From Chiloscyllium plagiosum (taxonomy: Eukaryota), in the NCBI RefSeq assembly GCF_004010195.1, contig NC_057718.1, positions 41,375,803 through 41,439,802 on the forward strand: DNA of 64,000 bases. The letters are read 5' to 3'. Below are positions 26,970-39,383 of the stretch, in pieces. The notes under the pieces are model-generated. The model made no database searches. It worked only from the letters and a program-made list of their open reading frames with translations, and had not been told where the DNA came from. Each line of letters opens with the position of its first letter. Position 1 is the stretch's first letter. Made by a program: the position numbers and the translations under genes.

Positions 26970-27345
26970 TACCACTGAGCCATATAAGGCGATGTGAGAG
27001 CAGGTTGTCAAAGGTAGGATTTGAGGAGCTTTGTAAGGGATGAGAAAGAGGTGGCATCTCTTTCTAGAACCTGGCATCGAGGCAGCTGAAGCCACAGGCA
27101 CCAGAAGTGGAGTATTTTGTAATTACAGATCCACAAGAATTTTCAGTTTGAGAGTCTAGTCTAGATGAATTTGAAGTCTGAAATCAGGAGATTAGACCTT
27201 GTAAGAGATTAGGCTGAATGGGCTTGCGGCGATGGGCTGGGTCAAGACCCTAAAAGGATTTGTAGACACCAATGAGGACTTTAAATGTATCTTTATGGAA
27301 TGATATAAAGATCAATGGTAGCCATTAAGAATGGAGCTGATTGAG
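26970..27345 (-). mobile_element. Old L2-type LINE 3' fragment
   Basis: ACTGAGCCATATAAGG...AAAGGTAGGATTTGAGGAG...GGCAGCTGAAG parallels the L2 copy at 43985-44330. Confidence 0.55.
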
Positions 27346-27824
27346 GAAATGCAAAAACTTTGGGTAATATCTGCTTCTAAGAGGGTTCCCATTCCTTTTT
27401 GGGAGCCATACCAACTTCCGTTGGGAAGGAGTCTTTTGTTAGAACTAATGTGATACCACTTTTGTCTTCAGATTGCAGCCTGTGGAATATATACCTATGT
27501 GAAATGCTGGAGCAGAATTCAATGCTATTATTGGCATATGTAATGGCATTTTCAAAGTATAGAAGTTTCAAAGTATAGTGATTGTTTGCCTTTGGAGACT
27601 AATAGCTAGGCCAGGAGCACCTTCAAAGAAATTCCCATTGTTTGCCAAATTTGAACTATGCGAGCTTGCAGATCTGCCCACAATTATCTGGAAAAGTTCT
27701 GGTGTACTGATATTGTTAGAGGTATAGAGGCAGAAGAGGGAAGTGTCCAAGATGATGCTGCAGGAGCTGGCTGCTAATTCAAATCACTTCAAGGTAACTA
27801 GCCAAGGTCTTTTTACAATGTTAG

Positions 27825-28112
27825 GGAACTGATGGCAGAGGATTCAGGTAAGAGGGGGAAGATTTAAAAAAGACACAAGGGGCAACTTTTTCTCACAGAC
27901 AGTGGTGCATGTGTGGAATGAGCTGCCAGAGGAGGTGGTGGAGGCTGGTAGAATTACAACATTTAAAAGGCATCTGGATAGCTACATGAATAGGATACAG
28001 GCAAGGATACTAGCAAATAAGACTAGATTAATTTAGGATATGTGGTCGGTGTGGACAAGTTGGACTGAAGGATCTGTTTACATGCTGAACAATTCCATGA
28101 CTCTATGACTCT
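27825..28112 (+). mobile_element. CR1 (HER1-type) LINE 3' end
   Basis: GTGTGGAATGAGCTGCCAGAGGAGGTGGTGGAGGC (VWNELPEEVVEA); tail CCATGACTCTATGACTCT. Confidence 0.9.
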
Positions 28113-28172
28113 GTGTCTGGGATTTGAGATGGGGCCACAGGTTGAGTACACAGGTAGAAGAAGGATCTTTGA

Positions 28173-28381
28173 GGAGAAAGTGAGGTCTGCAGATGCTGGA
28201 GATCAGAGCTGAAAATGTGTTGCTGGAAAAGCGCAGCAGGTCAGGCAGCATCCAGGGAACAGGAGAATCGATGTTTCGGGCATAAGCCCTTCTTCAGGAG
28301 GGTTTATACCCGAAACATCGATTCTCCTGTTCCCTGGATGCTGCCTGACCTGCTGCGCTTTTCCAGCAACACATTTTCAGC
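28173..28381. mobile_element. Young Penelope-derived fold-back insert (family A)
   Basis: Perfectly complementary arms ~28208-28280 and 28309-28381; AGAAGAAGGATCT at 28156-28168 and 28382-28394; minus-strand CTGAAGAAGGGCTTATGCCCGAAACATC. Confidence 0.9.
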
Positions 28382-29269
28382 AGAAGAAGGATCTGTTCTG
28401 CCACATACCTGACAGGTCCTGACTTCAGGAATATGCAGACACTGTCGATATCACAGTTGTTCAAAACATGTGGGAGAGTTGAGCTCAGTTTAAACTGGGA
28501 CATTGGATTTAAGGGCCTGTATTCTCATGTTGGATGCCCGGAAACAGAAACTGGAACTGATTCCAGGTCCCTTACCTCCCATTGCGGGGGAGGGAGATGG
28601 TGTCAGAATTGAGTCACAGTTTTCTCTGGGGCATTCTCTTCACAGAAAAAGGAGAGAGACAATTCTTGGTGAGCTTTGGACTGGATTGCTGTTTACCATC
28701 ATGTGCTGAGAGAACAGAAGGCCTGAAACCCAAGGCAGGGCAGCCCCTGGTGTCTGAAATGGTGACCTGGACCTTAGGTCAGATGCTTTGAGGATGACAA
28801 GGCTTGTATTCTTTCTGGAACAGAGCAAAAGAAGCCCACTTATACAATCCAAACAAATCACTGATCAAACCAGGATATAGTCTGGGAAATGACCTGACAT
28901 GACGCAATAGGATGAGTGCGGCCCTTAAACTGTAGAAGAGGTCTCTAGGTATGCATACACCAGTACAGCCTCAGGTCAAAATTGCATTGGAACATAGGAA
29001 GTGGATGCACACAGCACATTTACTGATCTCTCAAAATGGTTCTGAGACCTAGTGATGCTGAAGAATTGTGCATTTCTGGAGGCGCTGAGTTCAGAGATCG
29101 CTCTGCATATTTAAAGATAGGTTTCAAGAATATGCAGGAAGCTTGTGAGTTTGGGAGTGGCATTCCTGCTCTATCTCAACACTTAGAAAGTGCTCAGTGC
29201 ATTGTATGGACTCCTTAAGCATTCTGTAAAGCAGGCATGTCATCAGAATGGGTTTACACTGGACAGCAG

Positions 29270-29610
29270 TGAACCTGTGAAATTATCTGCCACAGGAAAC
29301 TGTTGAGGCCAAAAGACTTTCAAGAAAGATGTAGTCAAAAATCACACGAGGAAGGATACAGCCTCCAAAAGCTTGTGGTTTCAAATAAACCTGTTAGAAT
29401 ATGAGTTTTGACTTTGTCCACCCCAGTTCAACACCGGCACCTCCACGTCACGAAGGTGGTAGTTAGAACTAAAGGGGTCAAAACTTGTGGAGAGAAAGCA
29501 GGAATAGGGCACTGAGTTGGGTGATCAGCCACAATCATATTGAATGACAAAGCAGGCTGGAAAGGCTGATTGGCCTCCTCCTGCTCCTATTTTTGATGTT
29601 TCTATGTAAC
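29270..29610 (+). mobile_element. CR1 3' fragment interrupted by a family-B Penelope fragment (~29332-29452)
   Basis: GTGAAATTATCTGCCACAGGAAACTGTTGAGGCC ... GGCTGATTGGCCTCCTCCTGCTCCTATTTTTGATGTTTCTATG tail; the insert has AAAGCTTGTGGTTTCAAATAAACCTGTT...CCCCAGTTCAACACCGGCACCTCC. Confidence 0.7.
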
Positions 29611-29694
29611 TTTGCAGCAAAGTGTAAAGGATAGTCCTGCCTCCTAGGATTCATTCTTTGACTTGCTGGTTACTCAGACTCTATGATTTGTATT

Positions 29695-29853
29695 AGGAGT
29701 AAGTGAGGACTGCAGATGCTGGAGATCAGAGCTAAAAAATATGTTGCTGGAAAAGCGCAGCAGGACAGGCAGCATCCAAGGAGCAGAATCGACGTTCTCC
29801 TGCTCCTTGGATGCTGCCTGACCTGCTGCGCTTTTCCAGCAACACATTTTTCA
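29695..29853. mobile_element. Penelope-derived fold-back insert (family A)
   Basis: Inverted arms; exact 15-bp duplication TCTATGATTTGTATT at 29680-29694 and 29854-29868. Confidence 0.9.
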
Positions 29854-29926
29854 TCTATGATTTGTATTGTCAATATAATGTCATGTAAATCCTCAAAGGT
29901 CACCCAGAAAGTAAGGCAACATGACA

Positions 29927-30251
29927 AGCTCTTTTCCCTGGGGTGGAGGAGTCTAGAACTAGAGGGCACAGGTTTAGGATGAGAGGGGAAAGATTTAAAA
30001 TGGACCTAAGGGGCAACTCTTTCATCCAGAGGATGGTGCATGTATGGAATGGGCTGCCAAAGGAAGTGGTGGAGGCTGGTACAATTACAACATTTAAAAG
30101 TCATTCGAATGAGTATATGAATCGGAAGCTTTTAGATATGGGCCAAATGCTGGCAAACGGGACTACATTAATTTAAGATATCTGGTCGGCATGGACGAGT
30201 TTGACCGAAAGATCTGATTCTGTGCGTACATCTCTATGACTCTATAACTAT
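29927..30251 (+). mobile_element. CR1 (HER1-type) LINE 3' end
   Basis: ORF track ESRTRGHRFRMRGERFKMDLRGNSFIQRMVHVWNGLPKEVVEAG; tail CTCTATGACTCTAT. Confidence 0.9.
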
Positions 30252-30829
30252 CAGCATAGAAACATGCACCTTCTTATAAAGGAGCAGATGTGGTCACCAC
30301 AAAGGAGACCAGTGCCTTAACATGCTTTCTTTTGCACATCTTGGAGAAATGGGCCCATGAAAGCAGCCAAACAGGGCCTTCCTACATCAGGACACTGGGA
30401 CAGATTTCCACCCAGGATTTTTACAGTTCATTTATATGCCAGGCAAAACTCAGATCACAGCAGATGCATTATCTCGAGCTATGGTTGATCAAGCAGGAAC
30501 CCAAGACTTAGTGCTCATTTCAGAGATGGAATCATTTTTGTCGATGATAGCAAAGTCTCTGTCAGCTTTTTAGAAAAACAAACAGCAACTCATCAGGAAA
30601 GCACAGAAGAAAGATGTAGAATGTACCAGATTAGGAAATTGCTCCAATAGTTTTGATTAAAGTGCCCTCCAAACAACCAGCTCTTGTAGAAGTATCACCT
30701 ATTGAGGAACTATCTAAAAAAGTGAAAGATGCTCTACTGTTTAATCTTTTAAAGTAACAAACAGACTATGAGTGAAGATTCTTCATAGATTCCATGGTGG
30801 TCACTTGGTAGTTAACCTTACTGAATTAC

Positions 30830-31080
30830 AGAGCAATTACGGACTCTGGTAATCCTCTCGGGATCTGGTTTTGAATCCTGCCATGGCAGATTGTGGAATT
30901 TGAATAAATTCAATAAAAATCAGGAATTAAGATTATGACAATGAAATTATTTTTTAACTGTTGGGTTCACAAGTGATGTCCTTACTTGGTCTGGCCTAGA
31001 CCCACAGCAATGTGGTTGACTCTTAATTACCCTCTGGGCAATTAATACTGGCCTATCAGTTCCTGTGAATGATTTTTTTA
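30830..31080 (+). mobile_element. tRNA-headed SINE sharing its tail with the LINE at 58270-60745
   Basis: GGTTTTGAATCCTGCCATGGCAG (B-box-like), CTTACTTGGTCTGGCCTA, CCCACAGCAATGTGGTTGACTCTTAA, GGGCAATT tail. Confidence 0.65.
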
Positions 31081-31529
31081 AAATGAGCAAGAGTCTGAGA
31101 ATAGAAAAGTGTAGAATGTAGTCCAGTGTAAATAAGAGTTCTGAAGAAATATACTGGAGTTAGGCCTAAGTCATTCACAGCGAGACGGAAACCTTCCCAA
31201 CCCTGGGCAGACCACAAGTTACCCAAAGTGTGATCCAAATATTATTCAAAGTGGAACCAAACCACAAACCAAAAAGTTCCTTAAAGTGATAGGAAAGCCT
31301 CTGGGCACTGGCAATACATGTTTACATGCTGTGCATACATCACTGGATGTGTTAACACAACTAGCTCAGAGGTACTTCCAAACGTTATCTCTTGTTCCAG
31401 ATCAGAGGGGCTCAGTTGAAAAGTTCCTGAATAAGATAATCCCTGATATTCAGAGTGCTTTTGCCTGAGTGCTTTTTGTCTTATACCAGGCCAGGTCACT
31501 TTCCCGTGGAGCCAGGATACCTCAGTGCT

Positions 31530-31725
31530 CTGCATCATCCCTCCTCTACTTCCTCTCCCTCTTCCTCCTCTCCTATCTCCCAGATTTCCTCGTCCACCAA
31601 TAAAGTGTCCTCCTCCAGAGCCTCACTGTTCTCAAGTTGCACACCTCTCTGGAAGGCCGAGCAGGCTGCCACGACACTGCCATGATACTTGTCGTGGAAG
31701 AGTACAGAGTGCCACATCACCAATA
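31530..31725 (-). pseudogene. Possible Harbinger transposase C-terminal remnant
   Basis: Minus strand ...VVAACSAFQRGVQLENSEALEED...EEEEGEEVEEG resembles the IVVACC.LHN..RG plus acidic tail of HARBI1-like transposases. Confidence 0.35.
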
Positions 31726-31839
31726 CTGACTATACTAGGGGCAGGGGGTAAATCCATGCCTGGATATTCTGAAATCACCCTGGAAACTCACACAGATTAA
31801 TCAGAGAAAATCTCCTCCATAAATGGTTGAGGTCCAGGA

Positions 31840-32030
31840 TCTAGAGCTGAGAGGCATAACTAATTCTGGGAGTACGATCCCTTAGTGCTGTTTGCAGAAT
31901 CTTGTCAGGGCCCACAGCTTTTTCAGTCACCAGTGCATTCAGCCTTTCCTTGATGGCTACAGAGGTACAGTCAATGATATCCTGCACTGGAATGAAGCTA
32001 GGGATTGTGGGAAAACCCCAATGCTCTTTG
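31840..32030 (-). mobile_element. CR1-group LINE ORF2 fragment
   Basis: IKERLNALVTEKAVGPDKILQTALR, the K..GPD.I motif that precedes LINE RT domains. Confidence 0.55.
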
Positions 32031-33771
32031 TTCTTCTGTGTTCTCATCTCAATTGGTTGTGCGCTATTAAACCCTGGCAAAGAGGGCATCAAAAACTTGC
32101 AAGATGCAATGTTGAGAAGTCTTTTGTGAGATCCCACCAAGGTCTCAAACCAAAAACAGTGTCAATGGGTTGACCCTTTGTCAGACCCGGAAGGTATTGG
32201 AAACTTTATTTTGTACTTTTGACAGGAAGTAGATACACCTTGCATCTTCAAAGAAATCAGGATCAGAAGACCTGGCCAGAAATGTTTTTGAGGTCACAGA
32301 AAAGTAGGGGTGGAATGGCAATCTGACAGGAATGAAGAAAGGAACTGGTCACAATGATGTGATAAATAATGGGTCTAATATGACCCTGACAGACTGGCTC
32401 ACCTCTCACAGGTAATGATACAAACTAAATTAAGCCATCACCAGAATGTATATTTTAACAGGATTGGACTATGTAGATTGCTTGGGTTATTTAGTTCAGA
32501 TTAACACTCCAAGGTAGAGAACATGCACAACATTTAAAAGGCCTGAAATAAACATTGACACAGCAGAAACTATTCTGCTCCATACTCAAAGTTTTGACAT
32601 ATTTTCTAGAATTATAACAGATTGTTTGATTTGTGACCCTCCTAATTACCTTGTCATTAAGGCTGATCACCAGCGAAAATGGGAGAGCTGTGAATATCAA
32701 GCTCACTGCCTTTCATCTCCATGGTCCAACTTGTCCGAATGAGACTGCCTACTAAAATTGGAGCTAATCAACTCATAATATTCCTCCCCAGGGTAGGGGT
32801 TCTGAACAATGGGATCCAGATAAAATAATTGATACTGTTTAAATTGAGATTTTTTAAGAAGATGGATGAATAACAACTGAATTTAAAATAGAAAGAGAGG
32901 TGTAGCTGGAAACTTTGTTATCCTCTGTAGCCGGTAATGGATCTGAAACTAACCTTTTTATTTAGGTGCTGTTGTGAAATTCAGAGGTCTATGTGATAAC
33001 CTCCACACACTAAGCAAGTAGCTAAGCCCAAAACTTCAGTGAGCATTCTTTCACATTAGGATTTAGATTGATATTTTTGTGTTGAGTTGTACAGTTTCTT
33101 AATGTTCACAAAAATACTTTGATTTCTCTAGGTTGTATTTCAGTTTTCAAAACTCAAATCTGCACACCATCACCTTTTGAACACTTGCCAATGTCGTTTA
33201 AATAGGACACAGTTTCTTTTTTGAAAATTTCAGCTGAATATTACGGTTTAACTTTTATGGATCAATAAAATAAGACGGTAGCTTTTATTCAGGGCAGCTG
33301 TCAACTTCTTTGGTTAATTTATTTTAAACATATTGTGTGTTTTATGAGAAGCCTCTGATTGTAAATGAAAACTTTGTGTAGACTTTCATTTTGAAGACTG
33401 GGCTACTTTTGTAGTTTTTTTTATATAATCACTCATAACAGACCTTACCTGCCAGCTGGCTATGTGTATAAGTTGGTCAATTTTTCTCCTAGCCAGAATG
33501 GAGAACGGTATAATGGTATTTTCAGCAATGGTCATCATCAATGCTGCACTCATTCAATGCTGAACCTCCTTCGAGGTTCCAAAATAGCAAATGATTGCAT
33601 GGTCAAATTCATAGAGACAAGAGTGTTGTTCAAGATGTGAGGAGAATGCAAGCATTGCCATTTCTTAAATCTGTCCGAAACATCAGAAAAGATAGATAGG
33701 ATCTCAGTTGATCTCAGTTAGAAGACAACGCCTCCTCAGTTCTGCTGATGTATTTGCACAGAGGCATATGC

Positions 33772-34094
33772 AAAGTCTTATCCCTACAGTAGGGGAGTCC
33801 AAACCTGGAGGGAATAGGTTTAAGGTGAGAGAGGAATAATTTAAAAGGGACTCAAAGGGCATTTTTTTCACACAGATCGCGGTGCATATACAAAATGAGC
33901 TGCCAGTGGAAGTGATAGAAGTGGGTACAATTACAACATTTGAAAGACATTTGGACTGGTACATGAATAGGACGGGTTTAGAGAGATATGGGCCAAAAGC
34001 AGGCAAATAAGACTAGTATAGTTTAAGAAACATGGTCAGCATGGATGAGTTGGACTGCAGGGTCTGTTTCCATGCTGTATGACTCTATGACTCT
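33772..34094 (+). mobile_element. CR1 (HER1-type) LINE 3' end
   Basis: AATGAGCTGCCAGTGGAAGTGATAGAAG; tail GCTGTATGACTCTATGACTCT. Confidence 0.9.
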
Positions 34095-34256
34095 AAAGCT
34101 ATTACTCCTACAGTGAGGTATGTGGTTACATTTCCTCCAACAGTGAGGAAACTATAAGTATTCCTTATTCTATTTAACATTAAGCAGTCATGTTTTTCTA
34201 AGTTAAAAACCATTATCTAAATTTGGCCAGGGTTCTGCTCCATGGCAGGAGATTTT

Positions 34257-34612
34257 ATAGAATTCCTACAGTGTGAAAGCAGGCCATTTGGCCCATTCAG
34301 TCCACACCGACCCTCCGAAGAGCATCCCATCCAGACCCACTCACCGTAAACCTATCCTTATAACCCTGCACTTTCCTATGGCTAACCCAATTAGCCTGTA
34401 CATCCCTGGAGACTATGGACAATTTACCATAGTCAATCTACCTAAGCTGCACAACTATGGACTGTCGGGGGAAACCAGAGCACCCAGAGGAAATCCACAC
34501 AGAAACGGAGAGAATGTGCAAACTCCACACACAATCACGCAAGGCTGGAATCGAGCTCGCGACCCTGGTACTGTGAGGCAGCAGTGCCAACCAATGAGCC
34601 ACTGTGCCATGC
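34257..34612 (-). mobile_element. Full-length HE1-type SINE
   Basis: Reverse complement of head, body and tail (ATAGAATTCCTACAGTGTG...GGCAGCAGTGCCAACCAATGAGCCACTGTGCC). Confidence 0.9.
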
Positions 34613-34624
34613 ACTGATGCCCTT

Positions 34625-34848
34625 AGGTTTCCTCAGGATGCTCTGGTTTCCTCCCGCAGTCCAATGATGTGCAGAATAGGTGGATTGGCCATGCTAAATT
34701 GTACACAGTGGTCATGGATGTGCAGAATAGGTGGGTTAGCCATGGGAAAGTGTAGAGTTGCAAGGATAGGGTTGGGGGATTGGGTCTGGGTCGATGTTGG
34801 CTTGATGGGCCAAGTAACCTGCCTCCACACTGTAGGGATTCTATGATA
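34625..34848 (+). mobile_element. 5'-truncated HE1-type SINE, diverging from the preceding copy
   Basis: GGTTTCCTCAGGATGCTCTGGTTTCCTCCCGCAGTCC...CACACTGTAGGGATTCTATGA. Confidence 0.85.
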
Positions 34849-35817
34849 CTCTAATGAGTTTCTATTGAGCCTCTACTGCTAAGTGCAGAGAAGAGCATCC
34901 CAATAAGGCTGCAGTGGGTTTACAACAAGAGTTACATCGAAAGAAAAGCAGAAGTGCACAATAATTAGAATCAAGCTGTCACAGAGGGAGAATTCCTCTG
35001 GGATCTGGAGGATTGGTCTCCCAAATTGCATGTGGCAAATAGAAAAAGGACAGCCATCTTGTGAGGTGCAAATTCCAGGTTGAGACAACTGAGCTACAAA
35101 AAAAAACAAATTTATGTGTTATTCACAACCATAATCCACCCTGACATTGGGTGGGATCAGACAGGAAATTCTAACCCTACAATTCTTCATGATGGTTTTC
35201 TCATTGGCAGCACCGACAAGAATTGAGAATTCTCTTTGTTGTCGGTGAGCTCTGAACTTGAGCTAAAAAGAAAATGACTGAAGTATTCCACCAGCATTCA
35301 TTCCAAAATTGAATCATGCTTCCACACAGCACTGCCAATATTATAATATTTCCCCTATTTTTAAGGTCACCTGTCCAAATGCATGTTACTGCCATTAATT
35401 ATAGTCAATATAGATTTTGGCCCACCACCTAAACTAAAAGATTTCTTTTTCCAAATGCACATTAAATCTAAAAATAGGTCAGAATTTCCTTGTTGAAACT
35501 TAGGTTGAAATTACCCAAAGTTCATCTTAATTTCCAAAATGATCTTCTCGATGACAATTTATACCAAACTTGCCTGTGAACTACATTCAAGGGATAGGAT
35601 CAGTTGTAGGAAGTTGCGGAGTTTATGTTTTAATGCAAAGGGATCAAGCACTTAACAGGTATAGGCCGATCAAAGGGAGTGAGCATGGAATCTTGAAAAG
35701 TAGGTCATGTCTGAGTAACCTAACTAATTTATTTCTGAGGAAATTCCTGTCCTGATGGCTAGGCGTTTGCCTGTTGTTCTTGTCTAAATGAACACTGAAA
35801 AAACTTTGGAGAAGGCT

Positions 35818-36205
35818 TGAAATAACTCACGAAGGGCAGTATCCCATCACCAAATTGCCCTTTATTTACACCTTCATAGTAATTGACACTGGTCCAGCTT
35901 CCTCAAAGCTAGCTTTCAGAGTGAACAGAATCTCTGACACTCCAGTTTATTTTTTTCCTGATAATCAAATATTACACATAACCACAGCAAGCTGTGACCA
36001 GGTGAAGATTTGAGACATCCACATCCCCCCAAAACACCAATGTAAAAACATCAACAACGCCTCCCAAAATCAATGCAAGAACACACAGTAATGAATACAC
36101 TCCAGTTTATATCTGTCAGCCAGGGCTCCCTGATTGGACCAGGCTAACAGTCCCAATCAGGGAACTTTATGAGGCCCACTGGCTGACTTTATTCCAAACA
36201 GTACA
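35818..36205. mobile_element. Short solo LTR
   Basis: TGAAATAA...AGTACA termini; 5-bp duplication AGG(C/T)T at 35813-35817 and 36206-36210. Confidence 0.65.
35951..36096 (-). mobile_element. Short A-tailed retro-insertion (L1/Tx1-like 3' end)
   Basis: Exact 14-bp duplication ACACTCCAGTTTAT at 35937-35950 and 36097-36110; T-run at the left end; GT-rich minus strand. Confidence 0.65.
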
Positions 36206-37882
36206 AGGTTCTGCACAAGAGCTTCTCCGGAATGAAGGTGCTTGGAATTGGAGATAATCCTTTTGATATTGGTCACTAATCGATTGAAAGGGAGAGGACA
36301 AAATAAGAATAAAACAAACATTTATTGACTAGTCTGATGTTGTAAGAAATGTTCCAAGGGATCTATACTGAAGCTATAGTTTTTAATTATATCTGTTCAT
36401 GTCTTCGATGAAGGGATTTTATAGCCAAGCTTATCGATGACACTAGGGATTGGAGACACAGTATAGGTGGAAGCAGGAGTCTATGGACAGATATTGACAG
36501 ACTAAGTGGAAAGATAATGCTGCAGTAGGTAGAGTTTTTAATGGGACACCTAATTTGATCTGAGTGAATAAGAATCAAAATAATCATTAATGGTGAGGGA
36601 AGAGGGGTTATGAAGTTCAAAGGGCCTTTGGTGTCCATGTACACAAATTATTAAAAGCATAGATACAAAAGTGAAACAGAAACCTGAGAGGAATGTCGAC
36701 TTCTTTGTTAAAAGGTGTGGAATACAAAAGTGACAAAGTGATATTTTCATTGTACAGAGTCTTGACCAGGCACAATTTGCAGTATTGCATTCAGTTTTCA
36801 GATCCAAACCTCAAGCAAGGTATGTTGGCTTTGAAAATGGTATAACACATAAATGATGCCAGAATGTAAAGATAAAGTAAGAGGACATGTTGAGTAAATT
36901 CATTTTGTGTTTGTTTCTGTTCAAAAAGTTTATGGTTTAAGGTTCTTAACTTAATGTTATAAAAACTAAAATTTGAAATTATCATTTACATATGTTAGGT
37001 ACGGGTCAATTCAGAAAATGTCGTTGTGCTTTTTTGTTTTTACTGTGGAAGTGTCTGCACACCGAAAGCATAGAAAATCGATTTGAGATTTCAAAAAGCA
37101 GGGATTTTTAAATGCTGAAAAATTGCGATGAAACATCATAACTTATTAATTCAGGTATTCCTGTGGTTTAAGAGTTTAGTATGCATTTATGTCCATTTAG
37201 AACAATATAATCCACTATCTTCTACGTAAAGTGGAGCTTTGCTCTTGATTGAAATCGTGCATAAAGGCAAAATTGATCAAGAAAATTAATAAGCACTAGT
37301 ATCAACATAAAATTGATGTAAATTGCTTACACAAATTTCTTTAGAACAGAAGTCACAATCTGTTCTTAACCAGCAGTTACACCAAAACTGTCCTCTTTGT
37401 TAAAAGTTTTTCATATTTATTCACATTTCCTATCCATGATTTTTACTTCCTGTTGCCATAATTTTACTGATGCTTCTTACATTAATTTTAATATTAAACA
37501 TATCCATTCAGTCAGTTACAATGGAAATTCCCTGTGTAAACGGACTCTAGAGATGTCTTAGTTACAGATAACTGCCTCCAGGTCATATTATAGCTCCATT
37601 GTGTTGTGTGAAACCTATGCCTTTGATTCCATGAGCATTGCCATGAGATGCTAACTGGCACGAAACAAAATGAAAGTAGCTGTTCTTAATTCATACAGTT
37701 TTTGTTGCTAGCAAATTATAGATTATACTATACCTGCATTGACACTGCTTTTTAAAGTTAGAACATACCTCACAATATGTTAGCATTCTCTCTCACACAG
37801 GCTGTTCCTGATTTCAACCCTGTTCTCCAGTGAATGAGAATCAGGTATTGTTTTGCCCTGATATGGTCTTATGGGCCTGCTT

Positions 37883-37975
37883 CACAACCACCTGATGAAA
37901 GAGCAGTGTTCCAAAAGCTAGTGCTTCCAAATAAACCTGTTGGACTATAACCTGGTGTTGTGTGATTTTTAACTT
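37883..37975 (+). mobile_element. Penelope-type terminal fragment (family B) with mutated hammerhead core
   Basis: CAC-CTGATGA(37892-37898)-AAGAGCAGTGTTCC-AAAAGCTA-GTG; the G of GAAA is lost; followed by AAATAAACCTGTTGGACTATAACC. Confidence 0.75.
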
Positions 37976-39256
37976 TTACCATATGCATTCTAATAGCTTG
38001 CATCAGAATAAGCCAAGACCTGTGAGAACGTTAGCTGGCCGAATGAAATTGAAAGACAGTATAAAAATACTTTTTAAAAGCAATTCAACAGATTGCTTTG
38101 ATTCACAATCTTTGATACCAATTAACAGGCATGTAGTTGATTCAGATGCCATGTACTATATTTCTTAATAGAGACTGCCTTGTGCCAAGTAACGCAACCA
38201 TTTATAGCACTCTTTGTGTTTCTACGATTATCTTGGAATCTTTCTCCAGGACAGTGAGCCAGTTCTTGTATACTCTTTAGAACACTGAGGACAGGGAGGA
38301 GGAACATGAGCCATGTTCTGTCTGCTTCCTTGTCACAAAACTTGCTGCCAGCAAATCAAAGAATTTGCTTTGGCATCTGAGGTCTAGTCAGATTATATGT
38401 TTGTGCTGAGTGGAGGGGTACACAGGCAACACTTTGGGAATATAAAGCCCTGACTCACATTCTTACCAACTTTTCTGAAATTTCGCCATAGACTTCCAGC
38501 AAGTTCTGCTACTTTTTTCCCAGAATATGTTTCCTTTTTTCCCAGAAGCTTGAATAGTTTTTCCTTTTAAAATTAGCTTTCTATTATGAATAATTACTTT
38601 TAAACATTTATTTTTTCCAAATGACATTTTTTTTTGCCTGAGATTCTGTTTCAAATAATAATCTTCAAAACCAAGGCCTCCTAACAAATTGTCATTTTAT
38701 TGTTAGAAGTCCCAAGTAGGCCAAATGACCAAACAAAACCTCTTTAAATAAATGTCATTTTGTTTTATGCTCTAATATAAACTCAATTAAATAAAGCATG
38801 TTTATCATAGCCTCAGCTTGAAGTGTTTGGCTTGGTTTCTTTATCATTAGGGTGATGTCAATCGCGTGTTTTAATAATCATCCAGAAGCTGGTGTTACAT
38901 TTGCTAGTCACAGTTATTTAATTTGTGTGAATAAATAGAGGTGTATTTTTTCCCACTGTCCACCTAAGCTTCCTTTTCTACACAGCCTGTAGTAGGATTA
39001 CCAAATGCAGGTAACTTCCCAATGTCCTTTTTCATTATGGCAATTTATTTTAAACTTACGAACGGTAACACAGTGAAGTGATTACAATGTTCTGGATTAG
39101 GAATTGAGATGGTGGGTTCCAACTGCTCTCAGGGTCAGAGATACTTTCCTGACAGAGGTCAAATGGAGCACAGAATTACCAGAGGAAATTTGGGTACAAT
39201 ATGGATAAATCAGAACCTAGCCAATCCCTGCCTAAGGATGGGGGTATATCCATGGG

Positions 39257-39383
39257 CAAAAGTGAGGACTGCAGATGCTGGAGATGAGAGTCGAGAGTGT
39301 GGTGCTGGAAAAGCACAGCAGGTCAGGCAGCATCCAAGGAGCAAGAGAATCGACGTTTTGGGGCAAAAGCCCTTCATCAGGAA
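39257..39383 (-). mobile_element. Penelope terminal fragment (family A), single arm
   Basis: AAAGTGAGGACTGCAGATGCTGGAGAT...GAATCGACGTTTTGGGGCAAAAGCCCTTCATCAGGA. Confidence 0.85.

Larger units (their letters stand above)
35640..36860 (+). mobile_element. Highly decayed CR1 RT region carrying a nested LTR
   Basis: GAGCATGGAATCTTGAAAAGTAGGTCATGTCTGAGTAACCTA (QHGF..GRSCL.NL-like); the KAFDKVPH-like codons are split by the LTR; later AAGCTTATCGATGACACTAGG (KFADDTK-like). Confidence 0.6.

Noticed and set aside
28215..28503. Identical peptides MCCWKSAAGQAASREQENRCF on both strands
   Set aside because: Artefact of the fold-back palindrome
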